Source: a virus (lineage: Duplodnaviria > Caudoviricetes). From it: a stretch of DNA of 64,000 nucleotides. Position 1 is the first letter of the stretch. Every line of letters begins with the position of its first letter. Under the pieces are notes generated by a model. It was not told the DNA's origin, searched no databases, and saw nothing but the letters and a program-made list of their open reading frames with translations. The stretch lies in IMG/VR virus record IMGVR_UViG_3300022660_000043, one strand, 5' to 3'. A program made the position numbers and the translations under genes. This document shows positions 10,550-19,966 of this stretch, one piece after another.

Positions 10550-11055
10550 TAATCGTCCTCCTCGTGGTCGACAAGGACCGTAAAGTTATTTTTAGAAAAA
10601 TCTTGGGTTAAGGTTGCTTCATCAGAAGTTGCATATTCAACAGCGATCTCACAGGCAATAGATGCAGGATATACCATAATATTTTGCATACTAATCACAC
10701 GAAATAGCCTAGGCTCTGCAGTATCCAAACCACTCGGGATGGAGAATAAGGCACCAGTTTGAAGGCCATTCAAGTCATAGGGTACGTGAATAATTGATGA
10801 ACCCTCCTGAAGCTCAGCTACCCAGCCCATCTTTTTTAATGTTTTCTGGTCAGGATGATCTTGGAAGATGCAGCCTACCGTTTTAGCTGGTGCATAATCA
10901 GTTTTAAGATCTCCTAAACCATCGAAATGTTTATTAGCTAAAGGAGCATAATACTGACAGTTAATGCCAAGTAATTTAACCATTTGTTTAAAGTACAAAC
11001 GATGTAACTTTATGTCTTTATTAATTAATAAGCCATAATTTGCATTATGTTCCAT
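10549..11055 (-). CDS. Neck / head-closure protein (gp14-like)
   Basis: FKQMVKLLGINCQYYAP and LKKMGW pattern; position in the head-tail joining region. Confidence 0.55.
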   Translation of the reverse strand: MEHNANYGLLINKDIKLHRLYFKQMVKLLGINCQYYAPLANKHFDGLGDLKTDYAPAKTVGCIFQDHPDQKTLKKMGWVAELQEGSSIIHVPYDLNGLQTGALFSIPSGLDTAEPRLFRVISMQNIMVYPASIACEIAVEYATSDEATLTQDFSKNNFTVLVDHEEDD

Positions 11056-11078
11056 ATTATACTCCTTTCTTTAAATTA

Positions 11079-12818
11079 TTATTTAGACTTAGAGCCTCTA
11101 ACAAGAGATTCATTAATCTTGTAGCTGTATTTAAAGCTCTCAGTAACAAGCTTAGTGCCTTCAGCTTTACAAATCAGCCTAAAAGCTTTAGTAGAGCCTG
11201 CAAGACTTTCATTTATGCCGCGGTATACAAGCTTATTACCAATACGCTTTGTGTTCTCAAACATAAACTTAGTTGTCTTAGTCTTACCAGATTTGAAAGT
11301 AATCTTACCTTCAACAATAAGTTTATTATCTGCATCAGCAGAACAGCTTGTAGATTCATATTTTTCTACATTAGAATAAACCTCTTCAAGGTAATCAGAG
11401 ACCTGATTATCAAAGCTATCATCAAACTCATCAAAAGCTTTATCTACTTGTGCCATTGCAGCGAGGTCAGCTTCTACTTCTGCTTCTGTAGGCTGTGGTC
11501 CATCCCAGAGCTCATCAAGTAGCTCGTCTAGTTCTGCGTCTTCAGTTAAAGCCTCTTCAGAAGGTAGATCCTCAACTAAATCTTCTGCAAAAGTTTCCTC
11601 TTCTGCCGCCGGAGCAGCTACATTATCAGTTGTAGTTGCTTCATCCGCCAATGCTGCATTGACATTTTTAACAGTAGCAAGTTTGCAAAGCTGAGGACAA
11701 TTTGCTTCACAGTCCTCATTTGTATATACTACTACATTCTGACCTGCTTCTGCCGCAGCTAAAGGCCCTGCAAAGGTAGCATCTTCAAAAAATTCTACAT
11801 GAGATTCAGAATTAGGATATTCTGATGCAACCTGAGCTAGTATTTCATCTTTGCGCCCACTCAGAGACCCAGACTGATCAATGAAAATTCTAAGATCCTC
11901 TGCTGCTTCATGAAGAGTTAAATGATCAGACTCAACTTCTGTTTTTAGATCACTCTTCTTCTCAGCATCTTTGAGAGTTTCTGAGTTATGCATAGATTCT
12001 TCTACATGCTCCTCTGGCATATCTTGAACTTCCTCGTTAAGAGTTAGGTGTTCAGACTCAATATCGGTCTTAAGTTCATTCTTATCTTCAATTTTATCTA
12101 GGAGCTCTGAATTGTGTAGAGATTCATTTGCTTCTTCTGGTTCCTCTTCAGGTTCCTCTTCACCTTCAAGATCTAGATCAAGGTCAAGTTCATCATCTTC
12201 CATTGCAGCGCCAGCTTCACCGGTGCCTTCGGCATCAACTTCCTCTGTACCTTCTTCTGGGAAGTCAAGGTTAAGTTCATCCTCACTGCCTTCTTCTGCA
12301 GCAAGTTCATCTCCACCCTCGAAGTTACTCATCTCAGCTTCATCAACGCCGCCAACTTTACCAATTAGCGTATATCCGCTGGAATTACCACAATGTTGGC
12401 AAATTTCATTAATATTTACTACATCTGGCGTTTCCTCAGATTTTTCAATATCTTCCTCATTCTTATAGAATAGAGTCATACATTGAGGACACTGCATAAT
12501 TACCTTACCTACATAAGAAGGTAGGATGTCATCTTCAGTCTCCGCATCAAGATCTACAATTTTTTCGATTCTTGCAAGTTTAGCTTTTGCTACCTCAGCC
12601 TCACGTTGCTCTTGTGCTTCACCAAGATCCTCTTCAATACTAACATCAAAATAATCTTCTACAAGAACTTCATGTGCATGTTTTGCACTAAGTCTTTCAT
12701 GAAGATTAATTCTGTTAGGAGTAAAGCGACCACAACCAGAAACATCAGGAAGTGCAATTTCGTCTAGAGCCTTGAAAGCAGCTTCAAGGTCAAACTTTGT
12801 TACAGTTTCTCTTTCCAT
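11079..12818 (-). CDS. Acidic putative prohead-core/internal protein with Zn ribbon, internal repeat and vWA-like fragment
   Basis: CPQC...CQHC; duplicated ~32-aa repeat; IFIDQSGS; many L-x-E motifs. Confidence 0.5.
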   Translation of the reverse strand: MERETVTKFDLEAAFKALDEIALPDVSGCGRFTPNRINLHERLSAKHAHEVLVEDYFDVSIEEDLGEAQEQREAEVAKAKLARIEKIVDLDAETEDDILPSYVGKVIMQCPQCMTLFYKNEEDIEKSEETPDVVNINEICQHCGNSSGYTLIGKVGGVDEAEMSNFEGGDELAAEEGSEDELNLDFPEEGTEEVDAEGTGEAGAAMEDDELDLDLDLEGEEEPEEEPEEANESLHNSELLDKIEDKNELKTDIESEHLTLNEEVQDMPEEHVEESMHNSETLKDAEKKSDLKTEVESDHLTLHEAAEDLRIFIDQSGSLSGRKDEILAQVASEYPNSESHVEFFEDATFAGPLAAAEAGQNVVVYTNEDCEANCPQLCKLATVKNVNAALADEATTTDNVAAPAAEEETFAEDLVEDLPSEEALTEDAELDELLDELWDGPQPTEAEVEADLAAMAQVDKAFDEFDDSFDNQVSDYLEEVYSNVEKYESTSCSADADNKLIVEGKITFKSGKTKTTKFMFENTKRIGNKLVYRGINESLAGSTKAFRLICKAEGTKLVTESFKYSYKINESLVRGSKSK

Positions 12819-12863
12819 ATTATCTATTTACTCTCCTTAATAAATTACATATATATAGTCTAA

Positions 12864-13577
12864 TCAATCCATTGGAAAGATTAGATTATTATTAGCTCTT
12901 AGAAGCTCTCTTAGCTCCTTGAGGTCGGTATTACCTTCCTCCAATAGTTTCTCACCGTCTTGCGTCCAAAGAGCATTAGACTGGCTGAAACGCGTTCTAA
13001 TACGACCGAGTGTAACTTTAGTTAGTGCAGTGCTAAGTCTGATTAGAATATCTTGCCAATAATCACTTTGAATCTCCTCGACAGAACTTAGTTTAGGAAT
13101 AAATTCAATAGTGATGTGGCTAGGAGCTGAGGCACAGCTGATATATAATTTGTTATTATGCTTGTCTTCTCTAAAGGTTAGGTCAGTAGAAATAGTATTT
13201 CTAACTTGTCCAAGAGTAGTCCAAGCAGCATAATTCATTACATAGTCTTGTAAATTAAACATAGTGCCTGCGTTGCTAAAAATCATAAACTGCTGGGTAT
13301 ATAAAGGGTCAGACATTGCATTGATTTCATTACCGCCTTCGCCCATACCTGTGAATCTATAAACTTTAACAATAGCACTTGAATCCAGCTGATAGTATTT
13401 AAGATCTATGCAGGATTCATAAGGGATTGTAACAAAAGAAGATTCGTCCCAATATCTTTGCATTTCACGCATAGCTTTCTTAACTACCATTTCAAGCTGA
13501 GCATCCTCTAATTCAAGCTCAAGCACGCCGCCAGTTAACTCGAGTTTAATCTCTTCAATAACATCTACTAGTTGCAT
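12864..13577 (-). CDS. Neck / head-tail adaptor (gp13-like)
   Basis: IKLELTGGVLELEL at the N-terminus and TKVTLGRIRTRF...DGEKLLEEG at the C-terminus, as in gp13-like proteins. Confidence 0.7.
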   Translation of the reverse strand: MQLVDVIEEIKLELTGGVLELELEDAQLEMVVKKAMREMQRYWDESSFVTIPYESCIDLKYYQLDSSAIVKVYRFTGMGEGGNEINAMSDPLYTQQFMIFSNAGTMFNLQDYVMNYAAWTTLGQVRNTISTDLTFREDKHNNKLYISCASAPSHITIEFIPKLSSVEEIQSDYWQDILIRLSTALTKVTLGRIRTRFSQSNALWTQDGEKLLEEGNTDLKELRELLRANNNLIFPMD

Positions 13578-13612
13578 ATTATTTACTGATTACCTCCTTG
13601 CCGGCAAACTTA

Positions 13613-13626
13613 TCAATTAATTTAGC
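13613..13626 (-). promoter_or_regulatory. Putative late promoter GCTAAATTAATTGA
   Basis: Motif copy upstream of the neck gene. Confidence 0.7.
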
Positions 13627-13641
13627 AAATAAAACTGCATG

Positions 13642-13681
13642 AATAAGAAAGAAGAGACCCGAAGGTCTCTTCTTTCTTATT
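13642..13681 (-). terminator. Terminator after major capsid gene
   Basis: 18-bp perfect stem with a C(UUCG)G tetraloop on the minus strand. Confidence 0.85.
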
Positions 13682-13700
13682 ATATATTGGTCGGTTTATC

Positions 13701-15017
13701 TTACTTAGTAATTCTACCAGCAACAAGGAGGTTCTTGTTGAGAAGAGCCTTAGCATACCAGGTGCTGAAGCCCTGTGCCATGCCGCCATCAGGAGTGCTG
13801 AGAAGAGCGGTAGGAACAATAGCCATGTAAGGAGCGTATACACCAGCAGAAGACATCATATCAGAACCGTTAAGACCGAGGAAGAATTCGCCGGACTTAA
13901 TGAGAGGAGATACGTAAACGTCCATGCCATCGATCTCGCCAACCTTGTAAGGACCATTCATCTTAGCATTCTTAACTGCATTGAAGCCGTTAACGAACTT
14001 AAGAACAGGAAGAACATCAGCTGCGATTACCATATAGTTGGGGTGGAACTTACGAGTTCTGTTGTAGATGATCATCTTAGCCTCTTCAACAACCTCAAGG
14101 AAGCCGTTGTAGTGCTCGAACTTAGATACACCTACAGGGAGGGTCTTAGACCACTCAAGGCACTCTTCATGATCGAATGCAGCCTTGTAAAGCATGTCAA
14201 CGATCTCAGTGTCAATTTCAAATGCGAGCTCACCACAAGCCTGCTCAGCGATCTGCTTGTCAAGAGAGAAGCCATAGTCAGTCTTAGCCTGGAAAGCAGT
14301 GATCTGGTCGTAACGAACAGCGATTCTGCGAGGCTCAGCAACAAGAGGAATTCTCTTCATACGAGGACCGATAGTAGGAATTCTATCAGCAGGGATAGTG
14401 CTCATCTGCCACCGCTTAGCAACGTAAGCAATTTTTACAGCATCCTCAGCAACGGTGTCACCGTATACGAAGGAACCATCTTCCATAACAGACTTGTATG
14501 TAGCAGTCTTAACATCAACACCATCTTCAGCGATGTATGTGAGGCCACCCTCAACAACGTCCATAGTAGCAGTAGTACCATTTTCAACAACGATCTGGCT
14601 GGTGTAGTTGATACGAGCTTCGTCGTTAGCACCGAAACCGAATACGCTGTTAAGAACGTCACCCTCATTTACGCCGCCCTTGGTGTCCTTAGCAACATAC
14701 TCAAGGTATGCAACGGAACCAGAGTAGCTGGTCATAGGATGAACGATAACGAGGTCGTTAGCGATAAGGGAAGGAACAGCGATATTGGTGAGGTTCAAGC
14801 AGAACTTCTTCCAAGCGCCAAGGTCGGATCTCTGAGTAGCAACGATAGAGTTGTCAAGGCTCATAGACTCGGTAAGGAAACGGTTAGTGTTGTCCAAAAG
14901 AACAGCAGTGGTAAGCTGAGTATTAGCGGAAACAGTCTTACCATCAAAGTTCTTAGCTACATAAGCTTCAGCAACTTTGAGCTGACGAGAATAAGTTTCA
15001 AGTAAATTCTGTCTCAT
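13701..15017 (-). CDS. Major capsid protein (T4 gp23-like)
   Basis: IANDLVIVHPMT, LVAEPRRIA, LAFEIDTEI and AGVYAPY motifs; strong codon bias; putative maturation site FLTE/S. Confidence 0.92.
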   Translation of the reverse strand: MRQNLLETYSRQLKVAEAYVAKNFDGKTVSANTQLTTAVLLDNTNRFLTESMSLDNSIVATQRSDLGAWKKFCLNLTNIAVPSLIANDLVIVHPMTSYSGSVAYLEYVAKDTKGGVNEGDVLNSVFGFGANDEARINYTSQIVVENGTTATMDVVEGGLTYIAEDGVDVKTATYKSVMEDGSFVYGDTVAEDAVKIAYVAKRWQMSTIPADRIPTIGPRMKRIPLVAEPRRIAVRYDQITAFQAKTDYGFSLDKQIAEQACGELAFEIDTEIVDMLYKAAFDHEECLEWSKTLPVGVSKFEHYNGFLEVVEEAKMIIYNRTRKFHPNYMVIAADVLPVLKFVNGFNAVKNAKMNGPYKVGEIDGMDVYVSPLIKSGEFFLGLNGSDMMSSAGVYAPYMAIVPTALLSTPDGGMAQGFSTWYAKALLNKNLLVAGRITK

Positions 15018-15049
15018 TGTAATTTCTCCTATAAAATTTAATTAATGAA

Positions 15050-16957
15050 TTATTTTAGGCCGGCAAGCTCAAGAAGATCATCATCAATGTCATAGCCACC
15101 GGAGTACTGAGTTTTCTTTACAGACTCTTTTAGCTTAACTTGGGGTGTTCTCTGTGCTCCCATGCCAAGATTGAATGCCGGTCTTCCGGCGTCGAGGAGT
15201 TTTTCGCAGACACGATCAACATCCTCAAGGGTATAACCCTCATTGAGTTTACTGGTTATATCATGCGTGCTAACTCCGAGCATTGTTGCTTTTGAGGCAA
15301 TGTAGTGTTCTACTACGGCAACATACTTTTGCTTATATGCCTTAGCCGCAGTTGTAGCTTTACGTGCATTTTCACGTGCTGTATCTACCTGCTCTCTAAG
15401 CGCTTGCTCAGTAGCTTCCGCCTCATTTTGCGATGTAATTAGTTTTTCTTGAAGTTCAGTTAGCTTACGATTAGAAGCTTCTGTACTTTCGACTAATCTA
15501 GATTTGGCTTTCGCCTGAAGATCTTGAATAGTAGCATCTTTTGCACTAAGCTGCTCATTAAGAGATTTAACTTTCTTTTGCAACTTATTAGACTTAGAAG
15601 CAAGTTCGCTCACTCTTATGAAGCCAGTCTTGTATTTGGAAAGCTCTTCTTCCAGTTTCTTAACCTCAGCATCGCTAACTGTCTTTTCCTGCTTGAGAGC
15701 TAAGACTTCTTCTTCAAGTGCATCCTTCTGTCGAACAATTTCCTTCAAGCTTTCGACAACTTCCTCATCTCCATCATCGGTGGCTTCCTCAGAATCGTCT
15801 TCTTCTTTAGGCTGTTCATCTTCGGTTGCTGGCTCTTCTTCGTCTGCGTCAGATTCTTCGTCTTCTACATCTTCTGTATTATCACTTGTTTCCAAGTTAT
15901 AATTAAAACTAACTTTAAGCTTACCTTCTTCAGCTTCATCATCGAATACTAATTCAGTAATCTTAACTGTATTGCCGTCTAATTCAATAGGATCGAATGA
16001 AAGTTCAAGTTCTTTATCATACTCTCCCATAACGTCGAGTAAGTCACCAAGAGCTACGGCATCAAGCTCTTTGTTTTCATCATCAGTTTCAGGGGTGTCT
16101 GCCTCTTCAGCATCTTCACCTTCGAGCTCATTTGCTGCTTCTTCCGCTTCAACTTTTGCAACATCTACCTCTTCAGAAGATTCTTCTGCATCTTCCTGTA
16201 TAGGTTCTTTAACATCAGCACCTTCATTGTCATGAGTGTCTAGCACAGGTGTGATTTCTTCAGTAGTTTCTACAAGCGGTGCTTCACCAGGAGCCCAAGG
16301 AATATCTGGGTATGGATCATCTTCCTCCATAGTAACATCAAGTCTTTCAAGAGTTGCCTCTGCTTCAGCTCTATCTGCCTCAGTCATGGAATCAAGAGAC
16401 TCACGAAGTGCCTTAGAAAGGGTTTTATGATTTTTTAATGATTCACACATAGTCAATCTAGCTTTCTTAACAGCAGGAAGCTGTACAATATCCCAAGTCT
16501 CAAGGAAAAAGGTTTCAGGGTCTACCTCATCATTAGCCATGATATCACCGGAACCTCTAGAACTAATACCAGGCACAAAGCCATAATCGCAGAGGGTTTT
16601 GAGCAGTTGACCTTGCTTGGTATCAAGTATGTCAACGTAGGCATAAAGATCTCCGTCGATTACCTTAGGTAACTCAGGAATACATGCACATACTACACTC
16701 ATATCGGTTTCTTCACGGTCTACTGGGTGTCCGAGCTCAAGGAATAAACTCTTATTAGCTACTTTCTCACGGAAAATCTCATCCTTAAGAGCTTTGTCCC
16801 AAAGCTGAGCATTATAGCCTCTACCGTTACGAGTTTTTTCTTTTGAAGTCGCAATAGGTCCCCAGAGTCGGCCGAGAATATGTCGACGCGCTTTTTCTTC
16901 TTCAGACAGGGGCTGCATCTGTAGAGCTTCTAAAACTTTTGTATTTTTAGAATCCAT
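15050..16957 (-). CDS. Prohead protease (gp21-like) fused to acidic linker and coiled-coil scaffold
   Basis: TRNGRGY, LELGHP, GISSRGSG and WDIVQLPA protease motifs; C-terminal coiled coil. Start placed at MDSKN from the RBS (the ORF track starts at 16972). Confidence 0.88.
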   Translation of the reverse strand: MDSKNTKVLEALQMQPLSEEEKARRHILGRLWGPIATSKEKTRNGRGYNAQLWDKALKDEIFREKVANKSLFLELGHPVDREETDMSVVCACIPELPKVIDGDLYAYVDILDTKQGQLLKTLCDYGFVPGISSRGSGDIMANDEVDPETFFLETWDIVQLPAVKKARLTMCESLKNHKTLSKALRESLDSMTEADRAEAEATLERLDVTMEEDDPYPDIPWAPGEAPLVETTEEITPVLDTHDNEGADVKEPIQEDAEESSEEVDVAKVEAEEAANELEGEDAEEADTPETDDENKELDAVALGDLLDVMGEYDKELELSFDPIELDGNTVKITELVFDDEAEEGKLKVSFNYNLETSDNTEDVEDEESDADEEEPATEDEQPKEEDDSEEATDDGDEEVVESLKEIVRQKDALEEEVLALKQEKTVSDAEVKKLEEELSKYKTGFIRVSELASKSNKLQKKVKSLNEQLSAKDATIQDLQAKAKSRLVESTEASNRKLTELQEKLITSQNEAEATEQALREQVDTARENARKATTAAKAYKQKYVAVVEHYIASKATMLGVSTHDITSKLNEGYTLEDVDRVCEKLLDAGRPAFNLGMGAQRTPQVKLKESVKKTQYSGGYDIDDDLLELAGLK

Positions 16958-16996
16958 CTGTATGTCTCCCATTAGTCTTACGTGATATTTTGTTTA

Positions 16997-17010
16997 TCAA
17001 ATAATTTAGC
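16997..17010 (-). promoter_or_regulatory. Putative late promoter GCTAAATTATTTGA
   Basis: Motif copy upstream of the protease/capsid genes. Confidence 0.7.
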
Positions 17011-17035
17011 GAATAATTTTTACTCAAAAAGCAAA

Positions 17036-17356
17036 TTATTCAGCATCGTCCTCAACAGTTACTTCCTCTTCAGCGGCTAGCTCTTCAGCAGGTTCCTCAG
17101 TATTTTCAGTAGGAGCTACGGGGGTCTCAGTAGTCTCAGTGACCTCAGTGGTTTCTTCAGTAGCTACAGGATAAAGAACAATGTCATCCTCTGCAGGAAT
17201 ACCAGTCTCAGAAGCTCTGATCTCACCATCTGCTTCATAGACAAGTGCATAGCCCTCAACTTGCTCACGGGTAAGGCCCACTTCTACGCCGTCCTTCTCA
17301 GGAATACCAGACTCGCTCTTAAAGAACTTACCGTCTTTTTCGTAAATTAGTCTCAT
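17036..17356 (-). CDS. Small acidic protein with duplicated motif, possible virion protein
   Basis: LIYEKDG..KSESGIP / LVYEADG..ASETGIP repeat; own late motif and RBS. Confidence 0.55.
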   Translation of the reverse strand: MRLIYEKDGKFFKSESGIPEKDGVEVGLTREQVEGYALVYEADGEIRASETGIPAEDDIVLYPVATEETTEVTETTETPVAPTENTEEPAEELAAEEEVTVEDDAE

Positions 17357-17407
17357 TATTAAGTCTCCTTATTAATCTAAGTTCTCGGCTTTGTACTCCT
17401 AGCCGAA

Positions 17408-17421
17408 TCAATTAATTTAGC
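17408..17421 (-). promoter_or_regulatory. Putative late promoter GCTAAATTAATTGA
   Basis: Motif copy immediately downstream of a terminator. Confidence 0.7.
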
Positions 17422-17446
17422 TAATTTATTTTAGTATATATAAAAG

Positions 17447-17483
17447 AAATGCACTAGAGAGTTTGAAGCTCTCTAGTGCATTT
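17447..17483 (-). terminator. Rho-independent terminator
   Basis: 15-bp stem AAATGCACTAGAGAG/CTCTCTAGTGCATTT with a T-rich tail on the minus strand. Confidence 0.8.
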
Positions 17484-17492
17484 GCATAGACT

Positions 17493-17966
17493 TTAAATTT
17501 GTAAATCTCTACGTCCCATAATGTGTTCCATTACTAGTAGATCTGCTTTAATAACTTTTAACATTGCTAGGCATGTATCGAGATTACCAGTAGCAAAGAA
17601 AGTGTTAAGTACTCTAGATATTTCTTCTGCTCTTACCTCTCTGTAGAAGGTAGTTGGATTACTTAGCTTTTTACCATACAGTAATACCTGTGTTAGTAGA
17701 CAAGAAAGAGTAGTAACAATTTCATTAGGGTCGTCAATCTCTTTTAATATATTAATATATAGTGGGGATTTACGTTGGTTGTGACTTTTACGTAGCATCT
17801 CATAAAAACGACCTACTTCGAAGCCGCGCTGCTGAGCAATAAATTTTAATACCTCAATTGATGGCTCACGTGTAACCATAAGTTTTCTGATATAATGTCT
17901 TGCTTCAAGAACTCCGCTATCCTCAAGCTTAACGAGAATAGAGAGACAATCATTCTTATAAATCAT
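17493..17966 (-). CDS. Hypothetical protein
   Basis: ORF with RBS downstream of the portal gene. Confidence 0.6.
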   Translation of the reverse strand: MIYKNDCLSILVKLEDSGVLEARHYIRKLMVTREPSIEVLKFIAQQRGFEVGRFYEMLRKSHNQRKSPLYINILKEIDDPNEIVTTLSCLLTQVLLYGKKLSNPTTFYREVRAEEISRVLNTFFATGNLDTCLAMLKVIKADLLVMEHIMGRRDLQI

Positions 17967-17994
17967 ATATTTTTCCTTTACTTTTTAGCTTTAA

Positions 17995-19953
17995 TTAGTG
18001 ATTCTCAGTGAAATCTCTATCCGAGTCTGCTTCTTCCGGAGTGGGTAGATCATTATCCTCTTCAAATAATATATCCTCTGCTAGCAGAGTTCCACCACCG
18101 TTAGATGTGAATCCTTCAGCTGCGATAGCATCATCTGGCATAGCTGCTAAATCATCAGCAGCTTCGTCTCCTTCAGCAGCTGCTAGTTCGGCTGCCATAT
18201 CCTCATCTCCGCCGGCTTCAGCTTCCTCAGCTGCCTTAGCAGCTTCTTCTTCTGCGGCTTCAATTTCTTTTTGAATAACTTCCGAAATGTCACCGCCAAG
18301 CTCTAGAGTTGCAAGCAAAGATTTAAGAATTGTAAGACGTCTAGCCTTATTTTCAATATCTGTGAACAAGCCGTTAACATTGCTAATAGCAGACACTCTA
18401 TTGGTAAAGTTTTCTCTATAGCTAACTTCTTCCTGAGTAACTGGTGCTCTCATTTTTAGTACAAAATTGTTAAGATATGCTTTGCAACCTCTATCTAGCA
18501 GGAAAAGATTTATTGCATCAGTTAACATTTGAAGAGTAATGTTTTGAATTCTCTTTACACCTTTTGCATAAACACTGGATAATACTGTTAAAGCAGTTCC
18601 ACCATTAAATCCTGCCCCATCATCTGTCCAACCAAAGTACTGCTTAGGAATTCCAAATGAAGAATAGAATTTATTATTCCACCAATCAAGGTCTGTAAGC
18701 TGCTTAGGGTCAAAGTCACCACCAACAGATTCTACAGTGATAGCTCCCTTACCATCTCTAGTAGCATAGTATATAAAGTTTTCAACAGAACCTGGATTAT
18801 TATACTCGGCAAAAGACCTATCTGTATTGTAGGCGGCCTTTTGCTCAAACATTTCTTTTACCTTACGAAGAGTAGCCGCAACTTGTTCTTTACCCATGTC
18901 ACCGACTTCTACGCCAACTTTACGTACTATACCAGATTTTGTAATACGGCTTAAAAGTACAGCAGATTCGAGTAAAGCCTTTTCTCTCCAGATTTTATAA
19001 GCATCATAAAGTAATGATTTACCACGCTTTACAGAGTATGTAAAAGTTTCTCCGCCTTTATTATCAAGTTCTTTATTCTGTTCTTCGTAGAACAAGTCAA
19101 CAGTTTCTGGGAACCTAGAAATACCGTCTTCTAAGCAGGCATGTACAAAATCATCAGCTTGCCAAATATTTACGTCACTAGTTCCATATTTAAAATTAAA
19201 GGCATTAAGGCCTTGACCATTTCCACTACCACCCATTAAACCAGTAGTGGCACCTAGATAAGCAGCCGAGTCAATAGCATTTTCTTGATTAGGGACTTCA
19301 ATGTAGCCTTGGGTCTGACCAAATTTTGTAAGCTCAAACATTGTACCTGGATCTGCAACCATCTCAACATAATAGCTATAACGGTCGCCTGCAGGTCTAA
19401 CATTAAGTCTTACTGCCTCATCTAATTCTTTACTTTCATTAAGTTTAGTTTTAGTTTTAGCTTTAAAGATTGGATCTTTATAATCTGAATCTCTATATAG
19501 ACGTAGATATACATCTCCGTATTTAATTAGGCTGTATACCCAGCCAAAGATTTTTTTATCTACATTCATAATGTTAAGAAGGTAGTTTACAAATCTTGCA
19601 ATATCTGGATTATTTGATTCACACCATACGATGTGACCATTATCTGCAGCCTCACATACATCTTCTGCATAAGTTCTTACAATAGAACTTACAGCTGAAT
19701 CTTGACACATTGTATCTATAAGCTGATATATTTGGTCTCTAGCATTAGATATGGAAGTAAAGCTTTCAATAGCTGATACATCTAGTGTATGACTTAGGCC
19801 AGCTTCAATAATATTGTCGACTAAAGATTTAGCGGTATCAATATCTAGTTTAGTCGTGGAATCCAACACTGTTGGTTTTGCCTGATGACCTATCAGGGGA
19901 CTGTTTGTAGGAGTCTTTAAAATATCGACTTCCTTGGTCTCTTCATTTGCCAT
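17995..19953 (-). CDS. Portal protein (T4 gp20-like)
   Basis: LIKYGDVYL, RGKSLLYDAYKIWR..LLESAVLLSRI, VEVGDM, DLDWW.NK and GIPKQY motifs. Confidence 0.88.
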   Translation of the reverse strand: MANEETKEVDILKTPTNSPLIGHQAKPTVLDSTTKLDIDTAKSLVDNIIEAGLSHTLDVSAIESFTSISNARDQIYQLIDTMCQDSAVSSIVRTYAEDVCEAADNGHIVWCESNNPDIARFVNYLLNIMNVDKKIFGWVYSLIKYGDVYLRLYRDSDYKDPIFKAKTKTKLNESKELDEAVRLNVRPAGDRYSYYVEMVADPGTMFELTKFGQTQGYIEVPNQENAIDSAAYLGATTGLMGGSGNGQGLNAFNFKYGTSDVNIWQADDFVHACLEDGISRFPETVDLFYEEQNKELDNKGGETFTYSVKRGKSLLYDAYKIWREKALLESAVLLSRITKSGIVRKVGVEVGDMGKEQVAATLRKVKEMFEQKAAYNTDRSFAEYNNPGSVENFIYYATRDGKGAITVESVGGDFDPKQLTDLDWWNNKFYSSFGIPKQYFGWTDDGAGFNGGTALTVLSSVYAKGVKRIQNITLQMLTDAINLFLLDRGCKAYLNNFVLKMRAPVTQEEVSYRENFTNRVSAISNVNGLFTDIENKARRLTILKSLLATLELGGDISEVIQKEIEAAEEEAAKAAEEAEAGGDEDMAAELAAAEGDEAADDLAAMPDDAIAAEGFTSNGGGTLLAEDILFEEDNDLPTPEEADSDRDFTENH

Positions 19954-19966
19954 TATATAATCTCCT

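Noticed and set aside
14043-15005. 320-aa antisense ORF opposite the major capsid gene, and similar Ser-rich antisense ORFs at 12112, 15618, 15972, 18008, 27229, 57967 and 59474
   Set aside because: These are shadows of strong codon bias or Glu/Asp-rich sense genes. They have no recognisable motifs and lie fully opposite well-supported genes.
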